Assembly: GCF_018350175.1 (NCBI RefSeq)
Contig: NC_058382.1
Coordinates: 52,578,001-52,642,000, forward strand
Direction: 5' to 3'
Source of the DNA: Felis catus
Lineage: Eukaryota
DNA: 64,000 nt
Shown piece after piece: positions 12,051 to 25,005 of the stretch (the stretch's first letter is position 1; every line of letters starts with the position of its first letter). The notes below the pieces were generated by a model. The model was not told where the DNA came from. It saw nothing but the letters and a program-made list of their open reading frames with translations, and did not search any database. The translations under genes were made by a program, and so were the position numbers.

Positions 12051-15000
12051 AAAGCTTACAGGGAGGCCCTGTGGACACAGCCAGCAAGTTGCTCACGTCT
12101 TAGTCCTAGTTCTGTCTCCAGCCCCTTCTATGATCGAGGATAGGTTGCAACCCTTCTGCTGGCCTCAGTTTCCCCACCTGTCAGAGAGGGGTTTGTCCTT
12201 GATCTCTCGAGTCCCTCTGAGACTGAACATCCCATGGTTCTCAGAGACTCTGAGGTCAAATAGCCCAGGACAGCCTTGGTACCCAGTGGCCCAGAGAGTT
12301 CTCGGTCCATCTGCACCGAAGGGCCGAACCTGGTCATGGCCCTTGTGTTCTGCAGACCCTAGAGGGACAACAGAAGAGTTCTTTGACTGTCCCACAGTTC
12401 ATTTTCCCACTGGCTCTGCCGTTCCTCTCTCAGACCTGAGCCATTCATTCTCGCATCTAACATTTATCCCGTGCACCCTGTGTCCTGGGCTGTGTGTTGA
12501 TCTCCGAAGGTCCGAAGGTCAGCTGACCTGGGGCAGAGTGGCCGCTCAATACATATTTGATGAATGAACCTTGTCTCCACCCTACAAGCGGCCCATCACA
12601 AATATCTATACAAGAGCCCCAAAGATGACACACGCGCAGTTAAGGTTGTCCGGCAGTAGAAGTGCTGATGTGTTTTTGGGCAGTCATTCAATCATTTCCA
12701 TCTCCAGCCTTTCCCAGGCATTCCTCCATGCCAAGCCCTGGGGGTACAGAGTGAAATAACACAGGAGAAGCCGAGCCCAGCCACGCTGGCTGTAAAGTTC
12801 ACCTTTTGGCTCCCTCCCTCTAGTCTCATTAGGGTCTTGCCCCATCTCGGCAACAGGCCGACAGTCTACGTTACCATCCGAGACCCCGGCTCTAATTACA
12901 GCGCAGCCGCGATCAACATGCCCTAACCGGTGAGCAGATGGCAGCTGCATGAAATCACTGGGCGCAGATAGGAATCAACAAGGGAGATTAGGTAAGGTGC
13001 TTATTCGAGGGGCCGTCAGGGCCCGCGGCGAGAGAGTTCCCTCGGGCTCGAGGCATGCCCTCTGCAGCCTTCTCCATGCACGCTCGGATTACACCGCTCG
13101 GTGATATTCCATCTGCATGCACCTTGCCCTCTGACTTGGCAAACACGGATGCTGCCAAAAGCCTTGTAAAGCCGTATATCTTAAGTACGAAGGAGCATCT
13201 TTGGGGGGGAGCTGAATTGATTTGCAAAGCAGGCTGACACCTGGTCTCCTATTTCTCCTTGGAATCAAATAATTCATCTTTATGCCCCTAGGCCATAGTG
13301 AAATTCGAACCTGGACGAAACCAGGGACTATTTGTAGCAGTGGGATCAGAGAAATTAGCCAAGTGTATTCTAAAATTATCAATTGCTGATCACATAGCCT
13401 AGGTGTGCTTTAGGCCTTGTGGGCCGGGGGGTGGGGGGTCCCAAGCTGCGGCTGGCTGGCCCTTCGCAACCAAAGGCTGCCTGCATGGAGGAACAAATGC
13501 AAAACAGCCATGCGTTTGTGGGGTAGCTGCTGTCCGTATGTTATGTGTGCATCGTATGTAGATTACTGTCAAATCCTTACAGCTATGGGCAAAACGGTTA
13601 GTATCTCCATTTTACAGACGAGGAAACAGAACCCCAGAAAAGTTAAAGCCTCTGCCCTACAGAGAGGAAAGGGGGGGGGGGAGCTGGAATTTTAAGAGAG
13701 TTAAAACGTCAAACATTGAAATGTTAAAACAAAAAAAGCACAACAGTCTATTAGATTAAAATTACTATTTTAAGTTAAAAAAAAAAAAAGAAAAATGAAA
13801 GACCAGAAAAACACTAAAAAATTAAGTTTTGGATTCCAGCGGTAGAATAGTAAATCGTAACAAAATACTCAGTGTTTGTTTTGTTTTGTTTTGTTTTGTT
13901 GTTTAACACTAGGAGTATGCATAATGGTTAACGTATTTATATAAAAAATATATTTAAAAAAGTAAAAATAAAGGTAGGAAATACATCCATGGTTGATAAT
14001 AAAGTATGAATTTGGCTAAAGGAAATGTTTATTGGTGTAGGTGAGAAATAGCTAAGAAGGAAAAACTGCAGATCTTAAAATAGGTGTAATATATTACATA
14101 TCTGTGAAAATGGACCACATAGATTGCCTCCATTAAAGTCGTATTGGATGTTGGAATCTCAGGTTCCTTGGATTGCAACTGTACTTCTTATATTAACCAG
14201 GCTTTTTATAAACCGTGCCTCTCAACACCTCAAGCTGACAGCCACATCCTGGGTGGTTATTTAATACCGAGTTTGACTTTCTTCACTCTGAGGGTCCTCG
14301 AAATAGAAGACCAGAAAGTAGCCTTTTAAAGGTCTGGCGCCATTTGCAAGTCAAATGCTTTGGGCAGAGCGACTGAGGCGGCCCCCTTTTCCTTTATTTT
14401 CTTTCTTTGAGCAGTAAAGAGACCATCATGGACCAAATCAAGAGTAAAGTAAGGCAGCGTATGGAAAGCATTTCTGAAAGTCCTTTCCATGTCTTACCAC
14501 CGAGGAAGAAGGAAGAAAACAAACAAGAGAAAAATTAGCAATTCCTCTGCGATCGTGTCTCTGCAGAGTTCAACTGTACCCTTGGCCAGAGAGAGGAAGA
14601 GAACCCCCTGCCCAGACAGGGATCTGGTGATCTGGAGATCTGGTGATCTCCACGTAATCCCTATCTGAGCCACAGTGCCTCTGAAGGACCAATATGCCGA
14701 ACACAAAATTCTGTAGCTCTCCAGTCTCTCCTTAAGGGCTGTGAGAAGTGGGTGTCACCAAGATCCCCTTGTTGTGTGACCTGAAAAACAAAGTCCCATC
14801 AGGGTCATGAAGGACCAGTTGACCTGAACAGGGGAGAAAAGAGCAGAGCTACCGTCAACAATGGACGCTACACGTTGCTTCGAAAAAGTAGGCTTGAAGT
14901 GACTCAAAAGGGGATAGCGTGGTACATAGAAAAGGCAATTGGACATACTTATTTTATGTTTTGAACAACATACCAGAAACTAATTCAAACCAAAAAATGA

Positions 15001-15366
15001 GATGCATTTACCAGGAACAGAGAGAAATTATTTTTATCAATCAGCATTAAATCCAACTGGATATCTTGGGAGTCTTTAAAACAAAAGTTCTCTTTAAACA
15101 ATAAAAAAAGAGCATAGGCGTATAGGGACAAACTTCTATCCTGCAACATAATTCTAAGAACTTATCAGATAAACGCTTCTTTAAAAAAAAAAAGATTCAA
15201 GTCTTTTACAGTGTCTTAGAATATTTAGACACAGTATCTTAGAATAGAGTTGACCAAAGATAACAGAACTGTCTTCTATCAGCCATCCCTGCCTCATGTT
15301 TACCTAGAATAAAAATAGAGGATAATATTAAATTATAAGTTAAGGAAGCCCTTTCTGCAAAGAGTT

Positions 15367-15369
<3 letters not shown>

Positions 15370-15420
<51 letters not shown>
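15370..15420. repeat. (TA)n microsatellite
   Basis: Perfect run of about 25 units. Confidence 0.98.
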
Positions 15421-15422
<2 letters not shown>

Positions 15423-16054
15423 CTCAGTTGTTTCCCGCGTGACAGCATATGGGATTGAAATGAGAGAGAGCAGGGGAAGAGGGAAGGAAGGAAAGAAGGA
15501 AGAAAGAAAGACAAGAAAGAAATTTACATGTTTTAGAATACGACTTGAGGCGAAGTGTCACCCAAATGAAAATGAATAACCTGATTGACCCTCATCTTTG
15601 CCCCCTCTCCTTGGAAGTGGGCTGTCAGAGCACCTCTGAGGAAAATCAGCATTTTTCTTTCAAAAAAGAAGGAAGAGGAGGAGAGGCGAAGCCGAGGACA
15701 AGAGCGGACACCGAATCCACTCAAGGAAATGAACGCAAATTCTGATTCTGAGTGTTGCCAATCAGCCGTCTCAGCCGTTAGAGGCAAACCCCGTCATCTC
15801 TCCTACAACACCTGCTATTGAGGGGCTCACTTGGGCACATAACTGAGGATAGACCTTTAAGTACTTGAGTGACTTAAAGGCTTAATAAATGTTATAGAAC
15901 AGTTTTCATGGAAGTGTTGGGGGAATATCAGATGAACACAAGACAGTTCTTTCTAATATAATTTAGTTAACAAGCGCAACAGATTTTTAAGCGCACTCCT
16001 AAATCATGATAAAAATCTGTACGATAAACATATTTGTCTTCTGTTGTCCCATGA

Positions 16055-16660
16055 TAATAACCATCTTAGTTAACATTTACGGAGCACTTACTATATGCTA
16101 AGGGCGATGTGTATGTGCATTATCTTAATCTTCACGACAATTTTATGATAAGAGGCACTCAATACATTCAAGTCACGTAATTATTGAAATGGGCTGGTGA
16201 GCCAGCCTAGCTCACGGGTCAGAAATTCCACGGGTCAGGCTCTCTGATCCAAATGTCTCCTGGTCCCAGCGTGGTGATGCCACCTGGGAGCACCTAGCTG
16301 TACGCTGCAGCCGATATATCACTGGGGATCGTTCTGAGCCCTTTCGTTGCCTGGTTCTTCCAGGATAGTGGCACCGACTCCAGGAATGTCCTAGGAATCT
16401 CATTTCATCAGCCAGATGGAGAGAGAATGGGCAGAAGGAATATTGGGGTCCGGGGACCATCTACCTCTGTTCCTCAGGATTCTTCACAACTGTCTTTATC
16501 ACCACGAGGATTGTTGTAGAATTTTACCGCATTCTATCCTCCTTTTTACAGATGATAAAAATGTGAAAGCATCGAGTTGAAGGGACTTTTCCAAGGTCAC
16601 ATGATTTATCAATGGCAGAGAGGGAAGAAATCTGTCTAATGCAATCCAACTTATCCATCT
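16055..16660 (-). mobile_element. Two MIR fragments (about 16055-16250 and 16490-16660)
   Basis: taacatttacggagcacttactatatgc; ttttacagatgataaaa...ttccaaggtcaca. Confidence 0.65.
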
Positions 16661-17299
16661 CAAGAAGAGAGATATGCCAAGGAGGATGATTATTAAATTA
16701 TCACTAATGTGAACCCTTGTAATTACTCTCATAATTTTCTTTAGGCTTATCCCATAGGGCATTGTTAAGCATTATTAGATTGTGATTATAAATGGATTTG
16801 GCCAGGCATTTCTCTTTTGCTCTGTGGCAGCTTTTTCTCTAGAGGACTTGGCCTCTGGAGAAACTACCTTCCCTGTATCCGTTTGCTTCCCAACCTTTGG
16901 GCTTCCCTCATCTGATAAGCGCTCAGTGACTTCAGCAGAGAATACGTGCATTCAGGCTGATTTCAGACAGCTTAAGATCAACGTGCCAGTTGGTAAGTCC
17001 CCAACTGGTTGCTAAGTCATGCTTACTGAATGGATGAATGAATGAATGACCAAGCCATTAAGACTTCTCAGGTTAGTGTTTTCATGAAGCTGACACAGAA
17101 TGCGAAAACCGAAGTTCTCGTTGTCACGCCAATTTCTTTCTATCCCTTCCTGGATTCCATGTTCTCAGATCTTTTTTTCTCTCCAAATAAATGGTATTTA
17201 TTAAATAAAAATGCATTTTTCTTATGTATCAACCAGTGTGGCAGCCTCTGGATTTTTTAAAGCAACCTTCCTTTGCACACCCTTTATTTCCTTCCCCAC

Positions 17300-17715
17300 C
17301 TGGCTTTATGAAGTGGAAGGGCCATATAAAACTGTATATATTGAAGTGTACATGATTTGATATGTGTGTACATTATAAATGATTGCCACAATCAAGTTAA
17401 TTAACGCACTCATCACCTTGCTTAATTTTTTTTTTTTTATTTTCCTGGTGAGAAAGCTTGTGATCTACTCTCTTGGCAAATTGCAAGGATAAAATACAGT
17501 GTTATTAACTCTAGGCACCATAATTTACATTAGATCACTAGAGTGTATTCATCTTATAACTGAAATTTGGTACCCTTTGACCTACATCTCCCCGTTTTCT
17601 GACCTCCCACCCCCACCCCTAGCAACTGCCCTTTTCCTCTCTGTTTCTATGAGTTCAATTTGCTCTGCTCCCTACCTCTCTCTCTCTCTTTTTCGTGTCT
17701 GGCTTATTTCTACTT
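17300..17715 (-). mobile_element. L1M (L1MA-like) 3' UTR fragment
   Basis: acaatcaagttaattaac, gatctactctctt, ttcatcttataactgaaa and ctctgtttctatgagttca motifs. Confidence 0.85.
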
Positions 17716-19500
17716 ATGGATGTTTTAATTATATACAAAAGCACGGAGACTGGGCATTTTAATTAGTGACCACAGCCTTGACACAAATAAATGTACTGTT
17801 TGGGTTATGTTTTCAAATAAGAAAAAAAAAATCTTGCCCCTTATCACCAGAACCTTGAGTTTGGCAAATGTGGATGAGAAGGTCTCTCAGGTGCATTTTG
17901 TAGAGCTAAGCAATCACGACTGGGAGCTGCACTAACCCACCCCACGGGTAATAACCCTCTCCCAGTCTGTGCTGTGTCCCTTGTCTGCCAGCGTGAGGCT
18001 GTTATGCGCAGGGAGGGGTGCTGCCCAGAAATAGCTCACCGTTTATGCTGTCAGAGAATACACTAGCGAAAAGGAGGTCTCTCTTCAAAGGACCTAATCC
18101 CAGGAATTTGACGGAAGAGTCTAAGACATTTGCCAAAGGTGATGAAGAACCCAGTGGGTGGTTTGGGGAAAGCAGGACTTGCCCCTGCTCCCTTGGACCA
18201 TGTCCTTCTATACTGGGATGTTGGGGCCTTGTGGTACTAATCATATTAAGGCTGTAAGATGCTGTGGAAGGAACAGGGACATTTTTCAGCCAGTACCTAC
18301 GAGGGTGGCCATACTGTTAAAATATTAAATAATTCCACACTATTTGATAATAGTCCTGCCCCAAACCCGTTAGGTGCCCACATACCCCTGGGATTCCTGA
18401 GTGATTCCTCACCTGAAGGAGTCATGCCTGCTTTCATGGAGGAGGGACGTGCTCCCAGGACATGACCAGTGTCCATTCACATTGGTCACTGACAACTGTT
18501 AAATACATTCAGTGTTACCCCTGATAAAGAGTGTAGGAATAACGGCCAAAACATACCTGGCTTCAGTCCCAACTCTGTCATTTAGTAACCTCAGGACCTC
18601 AAGTCACTTCCCCGAGTCTTTTCTTCTCTTTATATTAGTCATCTTAGTAATTATTACAACATCGTGGGATTATTTTCGGGACTACATGATGAGAAAGACA
18701 CGTGCCAATAATAACAGATTTCTGAATCTCGTGGATCTGTGAGAAATGGTGGCTCTTAAGTGGCGTGGCAAAATCTGGCTGGGAGAAGAGGGCCTTGCAT
18801 ACGAAATCTTGGGCATGAAAAAGGAGTCTCACGACTCACCCCATGCTCAGCCTCCTCCCTGCAGAAGGGAAGACTGGTAGAGCATGGAGGGGGCGTGATA
18901 CATGACACAGGAGAAGGGCACACAGGAACCTTGAACTTCTGGTATGAACCACCTTGACACATAAGGGTCTTTGGGCACATGCACTTTTCCTCCTTTTCCT
19001 GTTGGCCCTATTGCTTAAAGGGCAAAGCAGATGTCATGTTTTGGGGCAATGTTGTTCACTTTTAACACTCAGTTTATTAATGAGTTTGGAACAAAGAAAA
19101 TTCAATAAAGTGAGCAAGCAGCCTTGGTAGCCAGACTAAAGGCAACTGAGAAAAGCACAGCACTCCATGGGACTCTCAGACATTATTTAGGAAGCTCTGA
19201 AGTGTACTCAGTGTGGGATTCTAAAAAACAGATTAGTTAGGCAATAGTTTACCTTAGATCATTACGAGATGGGCTTTAGCCAAGACAGTCTGTCAAACCC
19301 AAGAGAAAAGTTGGGGGAGGGATTATTTTTAGGGTTCGGAGAGCACTTTGCCTCGATATTCCTATGGGCGTTCAGTTAGTTATTGACACCTTGTGCGATA
19401 GGGTAAACTTGAGAATTATTAATGCCCCTCAGTTTCGCCCTGTTTCCTAATTCTCTCTTCCATGAAACTACAGTGAAGCAACTGCTGTACCTAGCTTTAA

Positions 19501-20013
19501 AGTGGCAGACCAGGAACCAAATACAGGCTATGGAAAGTGGCCCCAATGGTTCTTAGTTCTTGGCAGTCTTCTCCTACGCTGAGTAGTCCCAATCTCTGTA
19601 ACCAGTGGGGTATTGCAGAAATCAGCATGTGTAGCTTCTGAGGTGAGGCCATCAAAGACCTTGAAGCTTCTTCCCTCCTCTGTCTGGGATCATTCACTTG
19701 GGGAGAAGCCAGCCGCCATGTTGTAAGAGTGCTCAAGCAGCCCTGCAGAGAGGCACTGGGGGCTTCCTGCCAATAACTGTGTGAGGAAACCGTCTCCCAA
19801 GCTGGTTCTCCAGCCCTTACTGAGCCTTCAAATGATTGCAGACCCACCTGTTTTTTCTTGAGCCACGTTTAAGACTCTGAGCCAAGAACCACCAAACTGA
19901 ACCACTCCCAAATTCCTGACCCACAGAACTGTGTGAGATAATCAATGTCTATGATTGTTTCAGCCCGCTTAGTTTTGGGATAACTTGTTATGCAGCAACA
20001 GATGACTAATACA
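19501..20013 (+). mobile_element. MaLR solo LTR (MLT1E/F-like)
   Basis: agccagccgccatgttgtaag, aaattcctgacccacagaac and terminal ttgttatgcagcaacagatgactaataca. Confidence 0.85.
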
Positions 20014-21199
20014 ATTGGAAAAGCTAATCTTTAGCTGCCCATTCAAGGTCCGAAATACTGATTATTTATTCAGGACTACTTAGTTCCAAGTGAATGGAAA
20101 ATGAATTGAATCTGAGGTCTCTCCCTTCCCCATACTTAGAGTGAGATTCGCTTTGGCGAATGTGACCTTATCAGACAGCGTCCACTGCTTCTGGATCTCT
20201 TCCTTAATCAGTTTGCGGTATGATGTGCCAGTATGGCAAAAAAACGTCCAGAACTCTGGCTGCGTGGGCTTGTGGAACTGCTACATTTTATAGATTGTCA
20301 AGGTTTAACTGTTTACCAAATAGTTGGACTGATCCTTTAAAAGGGCTGTATTATCAATATGTAAATTTATTTTAGCCCATGTCTTCCTAAAACGTACCGC
20401 CTGCTTCCCTGCCTTCCCTCCACAGAGCACATTTTGCAGCCCTGGAGGCTCCAGATGACCATTATTGTGAGGTCTGAAGTGTAACCATGAAAGGCAAAAG
20501 GTACAAGCAGTATTGGGCAGACACATACCCTGTGGATGGCAGCCCCGGAGGCCTTCTCCGTGCCTCTCTACTGCCAGCCTGTCATTGGGTCTTTAACTCA
20601 TTCAGGAAGGGAAATTTCATAACTTCACAACCATCAGAGCTTCGAGTCATGGCTAGCTCTCTGCTGAATCGGCCAGGCTGCTCCGCTCCGGACTCTTGTC
20701 CTCTTCACCTTCACACTGTCCTCTGTTATTATCTAATTAACATTTAAGACATATTTAATATTTAATTAATATTACAATGTATCCTTAGATCCATTCATAA
20801 TTTCATTAGCTTTGTTTTAAAAGGAAATTTTCTATCACCAATCATAAAGGGAAAACCAAGACGATTGGCCACAAATAGATAAGGGTAAAACCACATGCTG
20901 TGGAAGCAGAACAGTGTCATCCATTCCAAGTAGCTTTGTCACCAGAGAAGATGCTGTGCGTCTTCATGTCAATGGGAGTCAAGTGCCTCCCCAGAATTCT
21001 CTGCTGTGGGGTCTGTGAGCCAGCTGCAATCCCCTGTAGTTTGCTAGGCACCATCATTGCCTCAGATCAGGAACAGGCTTCCCCTAAGCGTGCTTCAGTT
21101 GTGACGCCAGTGTCTTTTGACGTGCCAACGCCATTGGAAGCGCCATCTCCAGAGAGGTCATCTGCCATGGCTCTCTCTTCTTATCTTGCTTCCCCTGTC

Positions 21200-21360
21200 C
21201 TACACCATGGAGTTAAGAGCTCCGGCTTTGATTCAGACCCTGTCTCTTCTCCTCACTGTGTGATTGTGAACCCATCAATAAAAGGAGGTGATAGTATACA
21301 CTTACCAGGTTGTTGTGAGAGTCAAGGGTGATGATGTATATAAGGCCTTGACGTTTTCTG
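21200..21360 (+). mobile_element. MIR
   Basis: gttaagagctccggctttga ... ggttgttgtgagagtcaa...gatgtatataa. Confidence 0.65.
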
Positions 21361-22209
21361 TAAAGAGGCTATATCTCGTATTTACATCACCAGCTATTTG
21401 AAGATTTTGTTTTCGAGTTTTGGGAGAGAATCTTCTTCCCAGACCTGGGAATTTTCTTTTTTCAAAAAAGAAAGAAAAAGGTCCTTCTGCAGACAAAACC
21501 AGGGTCATATTTCAGGTGTGTTGAGTCCCCACTTCTTGTTGTCTCTAGCTGGAAGCCGGCAGTGGCCCCCCTATGTGTGGATCACCACATTCCCACTTCT
21601 GATTTAAGACAGTGCAAGTTGGACATGGTCACCAACCGAGATCCCTGGCTGATCTGAGTGCACTTAACCACGAATGACACTTGGTGGTGATTAAGGGAAG
21701 ATATATGAAGAAGTCTTAGAACAGGTTAACTGGGAACCCATGTCATGTAAATGCTGAGACATTTTGAAGGTGAGCATGGTAGAGAACTAACAAGGTGCCC
21801 AGCTCGATGAGAAATGGATTCCTAAGTGTACAGGACCAGGCACAGGGTACAGAGAACATCCTCCATTCCCAATGGATGGGATGTTTTTTTGTTTGTTTTT
21901 TTTTTTCATTCTTATCTCTGTTCCTTCTTCCTTCACCGTCACTGTGGTAAACTAAGCCAATGATGGTTTTGACTCAGGTTTTGGTTTCCAACCTTCTTAC
22001 ATACCGTGTCATCCGGGAGCAACGTAGGAAGTCTCTCGATGAGTATGTCAGGTACTAACCTAGGTCTTCACTGAATCCTTTCAACTGACTCTCACAGAAT
22101 TGCATTCTATGGACAGGGAAATAGAAATTCAGGGAAGTTAAGCTACAGGCCAAAGGTCATCCATTTGGAAGAGGCAGAACTGAAATTTGAACCCAAGACT
22201 CTATGGTCC

Positions 22210-22680
22210 TGATTTTAGTTTCCTATGGCCTCTGTAACAAACCACTACCAACTTTGTGGCTTAAAACAACACATATTGATTCTGTTACGCTTCTGGGGGT
22301 CACACGTCTGAAATGCATCCAATGGAGCTAAAAATCAAGGTGTGTCGAGAGTACTTCCTTCTGGAGGTCATAGCGGAGAATCCATTCATTCCATCTTCTA
22401 GATTCTCGAGGCTGCTGACATTCCTTGACTCATGGCCCCATTCCTCTAGCCTCTGCTCCCATCTTCACATCTCTCTGACTCTGAGCCTCCTAACTCCCCC
22501 TTAAATACCCTCATGATCCCATTGGACCCACCTGGATAATTCAGGATAATCTGTACACCTCCAGATGTTTAGCTTTACCCCATCTACAAATCCCTTCTGC
22601 CATGTGAAACATCATATTCATAGGTTCTGGGGATTAGGACATAGACACCTTGAGGGGGGGCACTATTGAGCCTAATATAC
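22210..22680 (-). mobile_element. MaLR solo LTR (MLT1C/D-like), preceded by an antisense MIR at about 22040-22205
   Basis: tgtaacaaaccactac...gtggcttaaaacaacac, ggataattcaggataatct and ggttctggggattaggac. Confidence 0.85.
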
Positions 22681-23939
22681 CCCCTACCACCAATCTCACA
22701 CTTAGGAGGGGATGTTCACATGGACTCGGGGCCTTATGTCAGCATTTCCCCTCGAAGAACAAATACTTGCCCTTGTGTTTGGCCAAGAGGCCAGATCTTG
22801 CATTCAGGGTCCGGCAGCTCCGCTCAAGCTCCTGGGTTCAGCGGACTGTACCTGGCCTGGCAGGGTCCATGAGACTCTGGAGGCACAGTACCTTGTGGGC
22901 ATGGGGAGCATGATGGGCTCATGATAACATGGGGTTATTTCTTGTTCCATTTTTGTACCAATTATTACATTTCTGTTCCCAAAGGGTTTTCACCTGTGTT
23001 TATTACACTGCCACTCGAGAGGTTGAGGGGTTCATCCTTTCCAGACTCAGATGGTCGAGGGCCATTAGCAGAACAGGTCAGTAAGAGCAGCCTGTAAGAA
23101 GTGTGATCTGCTTGTCTTTACTAAGCTGTTTGGTTTTTCTCGGCCCATTTCCCCACAAATTTAAAAGACACAATGAGTTTTCAGGGAGAGTGCCTCCGCA
23201 TTTGAAAGTTTTCATTTAGTTTTGTTTACTTGTCGCATGCCCTCTCGGCTCCTGGACCAACAGACATGCCTCTTGTCACCAGGGAGAAATTTGCGTTGGC
23301 TAAATCTGTGGTTGGTCTGCTGCTTTTGCTTCTCCACTCAGCCACCCCAGTACTTTCTCTGTGGTTTGTGGTGGGCTCACAGTTCTTGACCTCAGGACTC
23401 CCACCGGTCTAGCCGAGATCGGTTGGCTTGGAACGGCTCACACATGGGTTCCTGGTGACATCTGGGACACCCTGCGATTAGTCTGACACGAAACACTGAT
23501 CGCCTCCTTGGGTTTGGATTCTGTGGCACTGCAGGGTCTTGTTCGTGGCACGTGATCATCTTCAAAATCGCACATCCCTTGTTGGGTTTAGGTCTCCACC
23601 CCTGGTACGAAGAGAAAGATAACCGGGTAACAAGCGAGGGAAGGGAGCCCGGGGTAGGCCAACCTAAACTCTACAAAGATGAATCAACAAATGAATGTCG
23701 AGAAGGCCTCTCAGTTTAAAGGAACTTGACTCCTCTTTGGTGGCAGAACTGCGCTGGCCTTTTTTCTCAACTTACCTGATTTACCCCCACAGGAGCTGTG
23801 AGGTGGGTCTAGTTGTTCTCATTTTATACATCAAGAAACTGAGGCCAAAGGCAGCAGATCGATTTGCCCGAGATCCCAGTCAGGAATTTTTGAGCTAAGA
23901 GCCAAAAGCACCCCTGTCACTAGCCTGTTGCCTCCCCCA

Positions 23940-24085
23940 TGGCCACTCCAGGCATGGCCCGTGGACCACCAGCGTGAGCGTCCCCTGGAAATGCAGAGCC
24001 CCGGGCTGACCCCAGACCTGCTGAGTCAGAACCTGCGTTGTAACAAAATCTCCAGGTGCCTTGGGTGCACATGCTAGCTGTTCGC
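23940..24085. mobile_element. MER5-like hAT-Charlie MITE
   Basis: gaaatgcagagccc...ccccagacctgctgagtcagaacctgc...taacaaaatctccaggtg. Confidence 0.7.
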
Positions 24086-24334
24086 CTCCACCCCCACCTC
24101 CTCCTGAGCGAGCAGACCGTCGTCGGGTAACCCCCGTGCCTGAAGCCTCTAGTGAGGACACAAAGACGCTACGACCCAGGCCCCTGTCATGAGAAATTCA
24201 GAGCCCAAGGCAACAGACCTCCAGGCCTGTGGGGGTGGCGGTGCAGTAAAAACAGTAGTCACTGGGTGTTCACAGAGCACAGAGGGGGGCAGTTTACCAG
24301 GAAAACTATCTGTTGGAGCTTACTCTTAACCAGA

Positions 24335-24620
24335 GTGGGAGGCAGTAACCCACTGTGGTCGAGAACAGCAGCCCTGGATTCGTATTGTCTGGTTTCAGGT
24401 CCTGGTTCTACTACGTCCCAGCTGTGTGATGTGGGGCAAGTTGCTTAACCTCTCTGGGCCTCAGTTTCTGTATCAGTTTCTATATCTGCACAACAAGCAA
24501 GCACTCTTATGGTTCTGGGGGATTATATTAGTACCTGCCTGTTGTGCAGGTAAAATGAGATGATACTCGGGAGGGACCCAGTGGGCTGCACTCAGCTTAA
24601 TAAGTGTTAGGTATTATTGA
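24335..24620 (+). mobile_element. MIR
   Basis: Core gctgtgtgatgtggggcaagttgcttaacctctctgggcctcagtttc. Confidence 0.85.
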
Positions 24621-24849
24621 CGGTTGGGTGTACAACAACCAAAACAACAAAGGCTGGGAAGGGTTTTCCAGGCAGGGGGACCACAGGGAAGATTTCCATT
24701 CCCCTGAAGGATGTGTTTCCCGAGCACCTGCTCTGTGCCAAGCACTATTCTAGGCTCTGAGGACATGAACCTGAATTTACAAAAACAGTTTCCTCCACCT
24801 GAAGGCCTCACAGTCAAGGGCCAGAAAACCATCGGTCATCTGGCATCAT

Positions 24850-25005
24850 TCATATGTTGTATTACAAAGCTGTGCATTTCCTTCTAAGTACTGCTTTAGC
24901 AGCGTCCCGCCTGTCCAAACAGGTGTATTGGTATTGCTGTATTTCCATTCTCCATCATTCCAAACACTTCCCATGCGATTTCCTCTTTGACCCTCGCATG
25001 TTTAT
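24850..25005 (-). mobile_element. L1 ORF2 internal fragment flanked by L2 fragments
   Basis: ttcccttctaagtactgctttagc...gatttcctctttgaccc. Confidence 0.6.

Noticed and set aside
14428..14538. 36-codon ATG ORF in a good Kozak context (MDQIKSKVRQ...)
   Set aside because: Too short, with no homology, promoter or splice support
14621..14652. Four GATC sites at 8-bp spacing
   Set aside because: Simple short tandem repeat; Dam-type significance does not apply to mammals
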